Part shown: positions 18,058-26,399 of the stretch, one piece after another
Layout: the number at the start of each line of letters is the position of its first letter
Position numbering within the stretch: the first letter of the stretch is position 1
Notes under the pieces: generated by a model
What the model was told of the DNA's origin: nothing
The model's database searches: none
What the model saw: the letters and a program-made list of their open reading frames with translations, nothing else
Position numbers and translations under genes: made by a program
IMG/VR virus record: IMGVR_UViG_3300024310_000024
Location: 1 to 30,552 of that record
Length of the DNA stretch: 30,552 nt
Direction: 5' to 3' (one strand)
From: a virus
Taxonomy: Duplodnaviria > Caudoviricetes

Positions 18058-18573
18058 TTAGTTCGCAGTGCCCGAACCGACGTTCTGGAGCGTCGCGGTA
18101 GGCGAGGCGCCAACTGCGGTGATCGTCACGGTGAAGTCGCGCCACACTGCGGTAGCGATGGTCGCCGTGCCGCTGATCGTCCAACCGGTAGCCGTCGTCA
18201 TCGTAACGGTTTGCGATGTCTTGTTGAGCACGCGAAGGCTGACCGAAGATCCAACCACGGCTTGCTGCGGGGTAAGCGTTGCGAGAAGGACAGCAACCGT
18301 GGGGAGCGTCAGTGCGACGCCCGCGCCAGCAGTGCCCGTCAGATCGAGGTAGGTTTGCTCCGCCCCCATGATCTGCGATTGCGTTGCTGTAAAGCTGGCG
18401 GTATTCGTCGCGTTGTTGTAGACAGTTGCCTGCCACGGGTTGATCGCGAGAATCGCGTTGATGAGGCCGGTCTGGTCTGCCAGTGCGCCGAGCATCGGCA
18501 CAATGTTAGGGGTTTGCCCCTGCACAGACGGGAAAAGCGCGCCGATCAGGGCGCTAAGACGGGTTTTTCGCAT
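18058..18573 (-). CDS. Head decoration/minor capsid-like protein
   Basis: 171 aa, Thr/Ala-rich and beta-like (LTLPT motif). Start ATG 18573 with AGGGG RBS. Confidence 0.65.
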   Translation of the reverse strand: MRKTRLSALIGALFPSVQGQTPNIVPMLGALADQTGLINAILAINPWQATVYNNATNTASFTATQSQIMGAEQTYLDLTGTAGAGVALTLPTVAVLLATLTPQQAVVGSSVSLRVLNKTSQTVTMTTATGWTISGTATIATAVWRDFTVTITAVGASPTATLQNVGSGTAN

Positions 18574-18600
18574 GGTATTCCCCTGATTAGGCTTTCGCCG

Positions 18601-18629
18601 GTTATATAGCGTTTGTTTCAAAAAGTCAA
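18601..18629 (-). promoter_or_regulatory. Sigma70-type internal promoter for head genes
   Basis: Minus strand TTGACT (18629-18624), 17 bp, TATAAC (18606-18601), followed by a GGC-GAAA-GCC mini-hairpin and the RBS. Confidence 0.7.
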
Positions 18630-19906
18630 CGTACGCGCCGCGCGCGGATCAATCCGTCCACGGTAAGCGTGCTGGTCGTGAAAACCATGATGCTTACCAG
18701 AAATACCGTCGTAGTGGATGCGAGGCTCAATCTCACAGCTGGCGTGGGGTTAGCAGCGCCATTTCCGGCAGCGAAAGTTATAGTCAGATTGCTGAATGTG
18801 CCGAACGCTCCCACCGTTGCCGAAGTCGTACTGATACCTTCCAGCTGTTGTTGAATCACCGTGGTCCCTGCAGGGTTAGATCTGACTATCCCCGTCACGT
18901 CCCAGTCCCCGGCGGTAAGGGAGATGCTGGTTACGTTGAAAGCAGCCCCCGACGACGCGGAAACTGCTGTGGCCGTTGCTGTGACGAATTCGCCCACGCT
19001 GCCGGCGTTCGCGTTGTCATTCGTTGTCGTTCCTACAATACCGTTCGTGCTGGACGGCGTGAACGTGCCCGTGCTGCTTAGTGTGGTGAACGCGCCGGTA
19101 CTCGCCGCCGTGTTACCGATAGGACCGGGCGACGCGAAGCGCGCGGTGAAGCCCGCACCGCTCACTGCACCACTGGCGGCCAGTGTCGTAAATGAGCCGG
19201 TGCCGGGCGTCGTCGCGCCGATGTTCGTGCTGTTGATGCCGCTTGAAGCGGTGAGCGTGGTGAACGCGCCCGTGGAAGGTGTCGTCGCGCCGACAGCCGT
19301 GCTGTTAATGCCACCCGTCGCGCTGAACCCGCCTGTATGCGCCCACGCGCCCGTGCCGCTGTTCGACGTGATGCCGCTGATGCCTGCTGCCTGGCCCCCG
19401 GTGATTGTGAAGGCGTTCACAGAAGCGCCGAACGCATCGTTGGCAAAGCCGAATGCCAGAACCGTCGAACCCCATGTGATGAACGCGTTCTTATTGTTCG
19501 CGCTGCGGATCGAGTCGATGAACTGGACGGTAGGGTTCGGGCTGTTGTAAATCTGCGTACCCGTGACGGTAACCGCCGGGATCGCGCCGCCGCTTGCGAA
19601 CAGACTGGTGCCCGTCACGGTGGTCGGCGTTGTGGCGCCGATGGGCGTATTGTTTATCGTGCCGCCCGTGATGGCAACGCCCGACATCGTGCCGGAAGTC
19701 GCATGCACCGCTGCCACGGTCGGGTTCGGGTACGTTCCGGACAGGTCACCGCCCGCCGCACCCTGCGGCCCTGCCGCCACGATGGTGTTCAGTGCTAATG
19801 TCGTCTGCTGCGCGAGCGAGTTGATACCGGCCTGCACTTCTTCAGGCGGCACATCGGTGCCCGCGCTGCGCACCTTGTAAGGCGTAATCAGGAACTGGTC
19901 AGCCAT
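18626..19906 (-). CDS. Fibre-like virion protein with internal repeats
   Basis: 426 aa, T/G/A-rich; AGGDLSGTYPNPTV motif and about four INxTxIGATTPxTGxFTTL-type repeats. Confidence 0.75.
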   Translation of the reverse strand: MADQFLITPYKVRSAGTDVPPEEVQAGINSLAQQTTLALNTIVAAGPQGAAGGDLSGTYPNPTVAAVHATSGTMSGVAITGGTINNTPIGATTPTTVTGTSLFASGGAIPAVTVTGTQIYNSPNPTVQFIDSIRSANNKNAFITWGSTVLAFGFANDAFGASVNAFTITGGQAAGISGITSNSGTGAWAHTGGFSATGGINSTAVGATTPSTGAFTTLTASSGINSTNIGATTPGTGSFTTLAASGAVSGAGFTARFASPGPIGNTAASTGAFTTLSSTGTFTPSSTNGIVGTTTNDNANAGSVGEFVTATATAVSASSGAAFNVTSISLTAGDWDVTGIVRSNPAGTTVIQQQLEGISTTSATVGAFGTFSNLTITFAAGNGAANPTPAVRLSLASTTTVFLVSIMVFTTSTLTVDGLIRARRVR

Positions 19907-20234
19907 GGAGTGCCCTTAACCGTTTGCTTATCGAGGGGCGCCCGCCGGGGCAGTGCGTCAGGAGATACGTGACAAGTCCCGGCCCGTAGCCGCACGCCTT
20001 CGCGTACTGATCTGCCTCAAACTCCTGCGCCTCACACATCGCGAAGAACGCTTCCGTGCGGAAGAACGCGCGCAGCGTCACCATCCACAGAATCCGGGTG
20101 CGCACATGCTTATGGTGCAGGTGTCCCCTCTCGTGCGCCAGCACTGCGTTCTGTTCGAACGCCGACAGGGAGTCGAACTGACTCCCGGTCTGTATTGTGC
20201 CCCATGGCGTGACTCGCGCGCAGAAGTCTTTCAT
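19899..20234 (-). CDS. Miniature HExxH zinc metallopeptidase (M48/M56-like motif)
   Basis: EQNAVLAHERGHL followed by QEFEADQYA, matching the HExxH plus ExxAD pattern; ATGA-coupled to the portal gene. Confidence 0.7.
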   Translation of the reverse strand: MKDFCARVTPWGTIQTGSQFDSLSAFEQNAVLAHERGHLHHKHVRTRILWMVTLRAFFRTEAFFAMCEAQEFEADQYAKACGYGPGLVTYLLTHCPGGRPSISKRLRALHG

Positions 20235-22414
20235 CGTGGCCCCATCTGCGGATCTTGCACGACATCCGGATGAATCATCCCGGCAGGGCCTTGCGGACGC
20301 GGCTGACCGGGTTGCGCGCCGGGGCGCGGTGTTCCGGCCACGCCTGGCGCCGCGCCGCCGGGTACTCCTGGCTGGCCTTGCGGTGCGCCTAACTGCTTCT
20401 GCATCTTCTGGTTCATGGCTTGCTGGTGCGCCTGTATGTGCGCGCGGAAGAGGCCCTGCGGATCGCCCGTCAGCTGCGCGCCGCGCATATGCTCCGCGAT
20501 GTGCCGCTGGTCGTCGTCCGCCGGGTGGACTTCCGCCGGCATGCCGTTGTGCATCATCAGGTTTTCGTCTGACGGCTCGACGTGGAACAGGTTTCGCTCA
20601 TCGATCAGAATGCGCGGTCCGACTTCCGGCCCGAAGATCTGTTCCGTGCCCATCTCCAGAATCGGGCCGACATTCAGACGTCTGCCGTCCAGTTGCTGCG
20701 GCGGGATGCCGCGCAGCACGTTCATCCACGCAATCATCTGCTGCATGCGCTGCATGCCCGTCTGGTAAGCCGTGCCGCACCAGCGGAAGAAGTACCGCTC
20801 GTTGAACGCCTGAACGGGAATCTCTTCCTGCTTCGCCCGCGCGCCGACTTCACCCATTGTCACGACGGTCAGTTCCTTCGTGCGGAACTGGCGGTCAAGT
20901 TCGAACATGCGCTCCAGCAGCGGATTCAGGATGCAGCCTTCGTACCGTTTGGCGTGGTCGATGATGTTCGACTGCTGTTCCTGCGCCTGCGCGGCGGCCT
21001 GCGCCTGGTTCTTCCGGCCTGGCGGCATCTTGCCGAGCATGGCGTCGTTGACTTCCATCGATTCCTGAATCTGCGCTTTGATGGAGTTGCAAAGCGCGAT
21101 GGAGTCTTTGTAGATGGCCGGGAACTGCGCGAACTGCGTCTTCTGCGGATCGGTCAACCACACGGCGGCGAGGCCCATCACCATGGACTGGTAATTGGGG
21201 TTCGCAAGCGGGTCCGTCATCACGATAGGAAGAAGTGCGTACTGCGCACTGTCCATTCCCATGTTATAGAAGTCGTTGATATTCCACTGCAAATACTTTA
21301 CCGGTTCGATTCGTGAGATGCCATAAATCGTTCCTTGGATACGCTCCACAGGCGCCGTGATGATCGGGCGTTTCTTAGACCAAAATGGATTGCGAATAAT
21401 GCCAAGAATGACTTCAGGGCCTGCATAGTAGACGAAGACCGGTTCTTTGCCCTTGCCTTCCTCCAGCTCCAGATTCGTGTGAACTTCATAGATTAGGGCG
21501 TACTTGTACGTGCCTTCCGTACGCACGCCGGCATCTGCCGTGCGGCGCTTGTTCGGGACTCTCTTCTGACGACCGCCGTCCGGTTCGTTCAGATTGTCCA
21601 TGATTTCTTTCGCGTTCCAGCCGACGAAGACGCCCTCATCGATAAATTGCTGGACGGACTCTTTCGACAGACGCAGCCGTACCGCCGTGGCGGTTGCGCG
21701 CTCAATGTCATTCACGGTAGGCGGGTACACCACCAGATCATCCACCGCCATCGGGGTGATGTCCGGCATCTCATCAACTACTTCCGTTTCCTCGACATCC
21801 CACTCTTCTTCGACCGTGGTGTCTTCAACGTCTTCACCAACTACCGTTTCCACGATAGGCGGCTTTTTGACGAGTTCCGTCACGCGGCGCGTGGTGCGCA
21901 TCCAGTCCACGTACAGAAGCCACTGGCCGGTCACGTCGCCCGAAAGCAGATCCGCACGTACGATATCCTTCAGATTCGTCTTGCGGATGTAATGCTCCAG
22001 GAGCGCGAGCGTAGGAAACGGCGTGACTTCCGCCGGACCCACCGCGTCCACGTGCTTGTAGTTAGCGGGAAAGAGCGTCGATAGCGTGCGCTTGCACCGC
22101 GCATTGATGCAATCTCTGACTACTGGAACATAACACTGCGAATTTCCGGTATACTGCTGGTTCTCGTCCGGAATTGCGTTGTAGATATTCCAGGCTTCCT
22201 CTACGCGGTCCGACTGCTGCTGTTTGTTCTCGTACCCCTTCTGAATCTTCGGGTACAGCTTGCAGGCCTCGATATAGGCGTCGCTGCCCATGTCTTCCGC
22301 CCAGTTCTCGACTTCTTCATCCAGGCGCTCAGCGTCGATAGCCCGGCTATCGACTGTTTCGATGACGGGCTTTTCTTCCTCTTTCTTCTCTTTTTTTACG
22401 GCTTTCCGGGCCAT
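20231..22414 (-). CDS. Portal protein (P22-like)
   Basis: About 727 aa between terminase and head genes; IYGISRIEPVKYLQ..N pattern and Q/P/G-rich C-terminal tail. Start taken at MARKAV (22414). Confidence 0.85.
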   Translation of the reverse strand: MARKAVKKEKKEEEKPVIETVDSRAIDAERLDEEVENWAEDMGSDAYIEACKLYPKIQKGYENKQQQSDRVEEAWNIYNAIPDENQQYTGNSQCYVPVVRDCINARCKRTLSTLFPANYKHVDAVGPAEVTPFPTLALLEHYIRKTNLKDIVRADLLSGDVTGQWLLYVDWMRTTRRVTELVKKPPIVETVVGEDVEDTTVEEEWDVEETEVVDEMPDITPMAVDDLVVYPPTVNDIERATATAVRLRLSKESVQQFIDEGVFVGWNAKEIMDNLNEPDGGRQKRVPNKRRTADAGVRTEGTYKYALIYEVHTNLELEEGKGKEPVFVYYAGPEVILGIIRNPFWSKKRPIITAPVERIQGTIYGISRIEPVKYLQWNINDFYNMGMDSAQYALLPIVMTDPLANPNYQSMVMGLAAVWLTDPQKTQFAQFPAIYKDSIALCNSIKAQIQESMEVNDAMLGKMPPGRKNQAQAAAQAQEQQSNIIDHAKRYEGCILNPLLERMFELDRQFRTKELTVVTMGEVGARAKQEEIPVQAFNERYFFRWCGTAYQTGMQRMQQMIAWMNVLRGIPPQQLDGRRLNVGPILEMGTEQIFGPEVGPRILIDERNLFHVEPSDENLMMHNGMPAEVHPADDDQRHIAEHMRGAQLTGDPQGLFRAHIQAHQQAMNQKMQKQLGAPQGQPGVPGGAAPGVAGTPRPGAQPGQPRPQGPAGMIHPDVVQDPQMGPR

Positions 22415-22935
22415 GTTCGGTTGCCTTTTTTCGCGTTCCATGCCGCCGGCAGGATCGACAGATTAGTCTGGACGTGCAATCCGCACACCTGCTTTGATTG
22501 AAGCGGTACGACGTGATCGACCTGAAACGGCGTGCCGAGTTCTTCTGTCAGAAATCGCGCGATCAGATAGTACTGGTCGATTGCCTTGCTATCCGCCCAT
22601 GCGGGTGTAGCCTGAAGGCGTAGCGCCTTACGGCGTGAAGTCTTCGCGTTTATCTTGTGGACGTTTTTCTTAGCCCACTTCCTACCGCCCGCCGCAACAC
22701 ATTCTTTCGACTTTTCAGGGTTCTTTTCAACCCATCTGCGCTTCGTAGCCAGCGCACGTTCTTTGTTCGCCGTAGCCCAAGCCTTGTCGTAAGCCGCTCT
22801 TTTCGCGCGATTCTTTTCGCGCCAAGCCAGATGATACGCTGCCTTGCAATCAAGACACCGCGTATCTACTTTTCCGTCGCGTAAAGGGAAAGCAGCGAAT
22901 TCTTTCTCTACCGCGCAGCATCGACAGACTTTCAT
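22396..22935 (-). CDS. HNH homing endonuclease
   Basis: N-terminal CxxC..CxxC, ATPAWAD and VDHVVPLQSKQVCGLHVQTNL..NAKKGN. Confidence 0.9.
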   Translation of the reverse strand: MKVCRCCAVEKEFAAFPLRDGKVDTRCLDCKAAYHLAWREKNRAKRAAYDKAWATANKERALATKRRWVEKNPEKSKECVAAGGRKWAKKNVHKINAKTSRRKALRLQATPAWADSKAIDQYYLIARFLTEELGTPFQVDHVVPLQSKQVCGLHVQTNLSILPAAWNAKKGNRTWPGKP

Positions 22936-23153
22936 CCTATGACTTTCCCAGCGAGCTTCCTGGCCAAAGGCGAGCCGGTATTACGATCACGCGGCGTGCG
23001 CGCGGGCCGGTCATCTTCTTCCGGCTTCTTCGACGTGCGTCCGAACACCGTGTCCGTCGTCTTGCCGCCCCACGGCACACCGTGGCGCAGTTCGACGGAT
23101 TCCGACCAGTTGCGCCCGTTGTTGCCGGCGCGATCCTTTTTCGTGACTTTCAT
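22932..23153 (-). CDS. 73-aa basic protein
   Basis: K/R/G-rich; ATGA overlaps at both ends. Confidence 0.7.
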   Translation of the reverse strand: MKVTKKDRAGNNGRNWSESVELRHGVPWGGKTTDTVFGRTSKKPEEDDRPARTPRDRNTGSPLARKLAGKVIG

Positions 23154-23287
23154 GCTGGCCTCTTCTTAGGTGCGATCTTGCGCTTCGCGCCCATCGGTGG
23201 GAGTTTGGCGCCCTTGCCGGGCGTCTTGCGCGTGTCGCGCTCCCGGCCCTGACTGCCTTCGCTCTTGTGGTGGTCGCGATAGCCCAC
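23150..23287 (-). CDS. 45-aa basic protein
   Basis: Not in the ORF track. GTG start; MGYRDHHKSEGSQGRERDTRKTPGKGAKLPPMGAKRKIAPKKRPA; ATGA overlap downstream. Confidence 0.6.
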   Translation of the reverse strand: MGYRDHHKSEGSQGRERDTRKTPGKGAKLPPMGAKRKIAPKKRPA

Positions 23288-23289
23288 GA

Positions 23290-23454
23290 TCAGCCGCCCA
23301 TCTTCGCTTTGTGCTTCGACGTGCGCTCGCCGCGCATGGGCATCTTGCCCTTGCCGGGATCTTCCGAGCGACCGCCCTTCTTGATCGCTTCAGGTGACGC
23401 CTTGACTCCGGGGGCCGTATAAACCCGGTTCATCCGGCCTTTCTTGCCTTCCAC
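23290..23454 (-). CDS. 54-aa basic protein
   Basis: Not in the ORF track. GTG start right after the upstream TAA, AAGGGG RBS; MEGKKGRMNRVYTAPGVKASPEAIKKGGRSEDPGKGKMPMRGERTSKHKAKMGG. Confidence 0.6.
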   Translation of the reverse strand: MEGKKGRMNRVYTAPGVKASPEAIKKGGRSEDPGKGKMPMRGERTSKHKAKMGG

Positions 23455-23616
23455 TTACAGCCCCTTGCGGCGCATCTGTTCGCGCTGGGGACCGCCTTGC
23501 AGCTTCTCGCCAACCTTCTCAGGCTTGCCTTGCGCGCCGCCTTGCTGCTGGCCCTTATAGAACGAAACCGGGTTTTGCGAAGGGGCTTTCGGGGTGATCG
23601 TACGGGAAATTGCCAT
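23455..23616 (-). CDS. 53-aa basic protein
   Basis: Not in the ORF track. GGAG RBS; MAISRTITPKAPSQNPVSFYKGQQQGGAQGKPEKVGEKLQGGSQREQMRRKGL. Confidence 0.65.
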   Translation of the reverse strand: MAISRTITPKAPSQNPVSFYKGQQQGGAQGKPEKVGEKLQGGPQREQMRRKGL

Positions 23617-23619
23617 GAT

Positions 23620-25623
23620 TCATCTCCGGGGGAGTGAAGTGAAATAGGTTGCACCCTGCGGATTAGTAGCAGAAGACAGGTCTTCCGGCAAGGTGTTTTG
23701 ACGCGATGTTAGCACAAATACTGCCGACTCCAGCCCCTCCAGCAATGTGCGGTGCGCGCCGCGCTCAGGCTCCGCCGCGAGTTGCCCCGTCTTGCTGACG
23801 GGATAGCAGTAGCCGCCGGCGAGAGCGTTCAACGTCTGCCGCGCGTTGCTATCGACCAGCAACAGGCGCTTGCCCTTCATCTCCGTGCGGATCATGGGCG
23901 ACAGCGCGCCGCGCGCCATGCTCGGATACGCTCCGCGCATCGGGTTCATCTTCGCTGTACGCAAGGCGGTCATCAGCGGCATGCGGTCCGCCTGGTCCGC
24001 CACGTCGCCCGGAATCCAGCAGGTCAGTCTTGCTCGCGGGAAAGCTGCGCGTACAAGTTGCAGCACGTCCGGTACAGCCTGTGCTGGCACGACTGGCGAA
24101 ATCCAGTCGGCAACCACGGCGAGGCGCTCACCTTCAACAGAAACAAGCACCGCCGTAGTCTCCGCCCCGTTCGCGTTGAAGCAGAGCGCCATTGCATCGC
24201 GGGCAGTAGGTTCATAGCCGTCGATGATGTTGTAGCTGCCGAAGTCTTCATAAACAGGAACTCCTGAGAACACACGCTGCGCGTACGCCAGCGCGTTAAG
24301 GATGTCGCGCTTGCCGGAAGGGAAGTTCAGTATTTCCGCGACCAGCTGCGCGTGCTGCCCGCGTCCGCCTACCAGTACCACGTCCCCGGCTTCGAAGAAC
24401 GGCTGGAGGCCCATGATGAACTGTTCTTTCGACCGGTCCTGCGGGGCCTGGATCGCCTTCAGCGGCAGGCTGACCCCGCGCCGCAACATCTCCGCGCGCA
24501 TTGGCTGGAGCAACCACTCGTCAAGCGAGTTCTTTTCAATCGCGACGTTCGCGTCATCAAACCGGCGCGACGTGTCGAATGCATCCGCGATTATCTGGTC
24601 GGGCTTCCAGTACTCGCCGGAACTTGCGTGCACGTAGATACGGGTTCCGAGACGAGAGAGCACAACACGGCCAGTGCGATCAGAGGAAGTAACACTTGCG
24701 GTGCGAGCAGGATCGACCACAAGCGTTTTAGGAAGCCATGGGGCGGGGTCCAGTGCGATTTCACGGATATGCTCACTTTCAAAAGGTTTATCCTGACTGC
24801 CGATCGCCATCAGCATCAGTTCCTGCAAAAATCCCCGGAGCTGCCCTGCCTTCTCGTACCGGTCGCGCTCCTTCCGGATCCAGTCCATCGGGAAGCGTTC
24901 CGGCCAGAGCGCCTCCGTCGTCGGGTCATCGATATCCCCGTTGCAGATCGGAAAGCGTAACGTCGTCCACTGGTCGTCCGCGCGCAGCCGCGACACAAGG
25001 CAGTCTTCCGCCAGCGGGGTCTGTGTGACCCGCACCTTGCGCTTCTCCTTGTCCATTGCGGGGATCAGCTGGAGATACAGCTTGCGCAAGGTGGCGTCCA
25101 CTGCCGCCTTGTCCTTCACCATCGTTTCGTTCTCGATGTCGTCCAGGTACGCTCTATCCGGGCGCCAGTCGTGCCACTTGAAGCCCCGTAGCTCCTCCTC
25201 CCACCCGTGCGCCTCCAGCAGGACGCCGTTCGGCAGCTCGAACTGGTGCTCGTTCCACAGGCGCCCGCGATGCCCCGTCAGTTTCCCGAAGAGCGTCAGC
25301 AGCTTCATGTTCTTCGCGGCTTCGTTCTTGATCGCCTCCAGCCGCTGGCACGCCTTCGTGTACGTCTCGCCGATGATGAGACAGTAGTTGAAGTTGGCGA
25401 AGCATGCCTCCATCAGCAGATGCTCTTCCGAGAGGGTGGACTTCGCAGCGCTCCGGAACGCCTCGATCAGTACCAGCTCGTCTGCACTTCGCCACGCGTC
25501 CATGATCCGCACGTGGAACGGAGGACTGGCCTGCGGATGCCGGTGCGGGAAGAGCATCGCGCTTGCGAGCGCCCGGTCTTCCGAGATGACGCGCAGCGTG
25601 GCCGCGCTTGTGAGTCCTGTCAC
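23620..25623 (-). CDS. terL: Terminase large subunit with C-terminal extension
   Basis: Walker A-like AFRSAAKST, Walker B YLDDIE, coupling motif QTP, ALWPERF, nuclease motifs VVDPA, IEKN and FPSGKRDILNALAYA. Confidence 0.9.
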   Translation of the reverse strand: MTGLTSAATLRVISEDRALASAMLFPHRHPQASPPFHVRIMDAWRSADELVLIEAFRSAAKSTLSEEHLLMEACFANFNYCLIIGETYTKACQRLEAIKNEAAKNMKLLTLFGKLTGHRGRLWNEHQFELPNGVLLEAHGWEEELRGFKWHDWRPDRAYLDDIENETMVKDKAAVDATLRKLYLQLIPAMDKEKRKVRVTQTPLAEDCLVSRLRADDQWTTLRFPICNGDIDDPTTEALWPERFPMDWIRKERDRYEKAGQLRGFLQELMLMAIGSQDKPFESEHIREIALDPAPWLPKTLVVDPARTASVTSSDRTGRVVLSRLGTRIYVHASSGEYWKPDQIIADAFDTSRRFDDANVAIEKNSLDEWLLQPMRAEMLRRGVSLPLKAIQAPQDRSKEQFIMGLQPFFEAGDVVLVGGRGQHAQLVAEILNFPSGKRDILNALAYAQRVFSGVPVYEDFGSYNIIDGYEPTARDAMALCFNANGAETTAVLVSVEGERLAVVADWISPVVPAQAVPDVLQLVRAAFPRARLTCWIPGDVADQADRMPLMTALRTAKMNPMRGAYPSMARGALSPMIRTEMKGKRLLLVDSNARQTLNALAGGYCYPVSKTGQLAAEPERGAHRTLLEGLESAVFVLTSRQNTLPEDLSSATNPQGATYFTSLPRR

Positions 25624-26399
25624 TGGAGATCCACGTTGTCGATCAGAATCCCCTCGAACGCGCTGAATCCGTCCACCGTGCCCGTTACCGCCTTGATCCG
25701 GTTCGTGACTGTCGTCTTCTCTGCCACCAGCGCCCCTACGATCACACTGCGCTGAACCGGGAACAACGGCCCCGCGATGTATTCGCTGGTCGTCACTATC
25801 GTGTTCGCCACCGCATTGATCCGCGTGAAGCTGAACACGATATCACTCGCCGCACCCGTGCCGCCGCACTCCAGCAACAGATCCGTTACCAGCAGCGTGA
25901 ACCCCGCCGGCACCGTGTAGATAGCCTGCTTCGCGTACCCGTACCCGGCGCGCGCGATGGCCTGCGTGGCGCCCGCGCCCGTCACGCGCAAGGTCACGTC
26001 CCCCGCGTTCGTCTGACCGCTCCCGCCACTGGCCAGCACAAGGCTGTTCACGCGCAGATACTGTTTCGTGGTCTGTACGGGCGTCACACCCACCATCGTC
26101 AGCACTTCCGTCTGTGAGTTGTAGTTCGCGTCCAGTCCCGTCAGCGTGAACGTCCGGGCGCCCGTGCCTGCTGCCGTGTCGTTCGCACTCGCTGAGAGAA
26201 TCTCCAGCGTCACCGCCGCCGCCTGGAACGGGTACACGCTCGCGCCTTCCCACACGTCGTTGCCCGCGACCACGGGGCTCGGATGATGCCCGTACACCGC
26301 CACCCGGCTATGCCCGCCAATGCGGTTCAATGTCACGGCCAGCGGGAACACGATCTGTACCGGGTCCTGCGCGACGCTCTTCACGTATCCGTTTGCCAT
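25620..26399 (-). CDS. Virion-like beta-rich protein, first gene of late module
   Basis: 259 aa with GGAGG RBS; DVWEG..YP, SASANDTAAGTGART and AIYTVPAG motifs resemble phage structural proteins. Confidence 0.65.
   Translation of the reverse strand: MANGYVKSVAQDPVQIVFPLAVTLNRIGGHSRVAVYGHHPSPVVAGNDVWEGASVYPFQAAAVTLEILSASANDTAAGTGARTFTLTGLDANYNSQTEVLTMVGVTPVQTTKQYLRVNSLVLASGGSGQTNAGDVTLRVTGAGATQAIARAGYGYAKQAIYTVPAGFTLLVTDLLLECGGTGAASDIVFSFTRINAVANTIVTTSEYIAGPLFPVQRSVIVGALVAEKTTVTNRIKAVTGTVDGFSAFEGILIDNVDLQ

Noticed and set aside
22389-22400. A-run as a programmed frameshift fusing HNH to the portal
   Set aside because: The run begins within the HNH stop codon, so it cannot mediate a shift before termination.
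6405-25560. Other LFP matches (ejection protein ELFPSA, portal TLFPAN, TerL MLFPHR)
   Set aside because: They are internal or lack the [GS][VI] ending and the basic amphipathic context; expected by chance.
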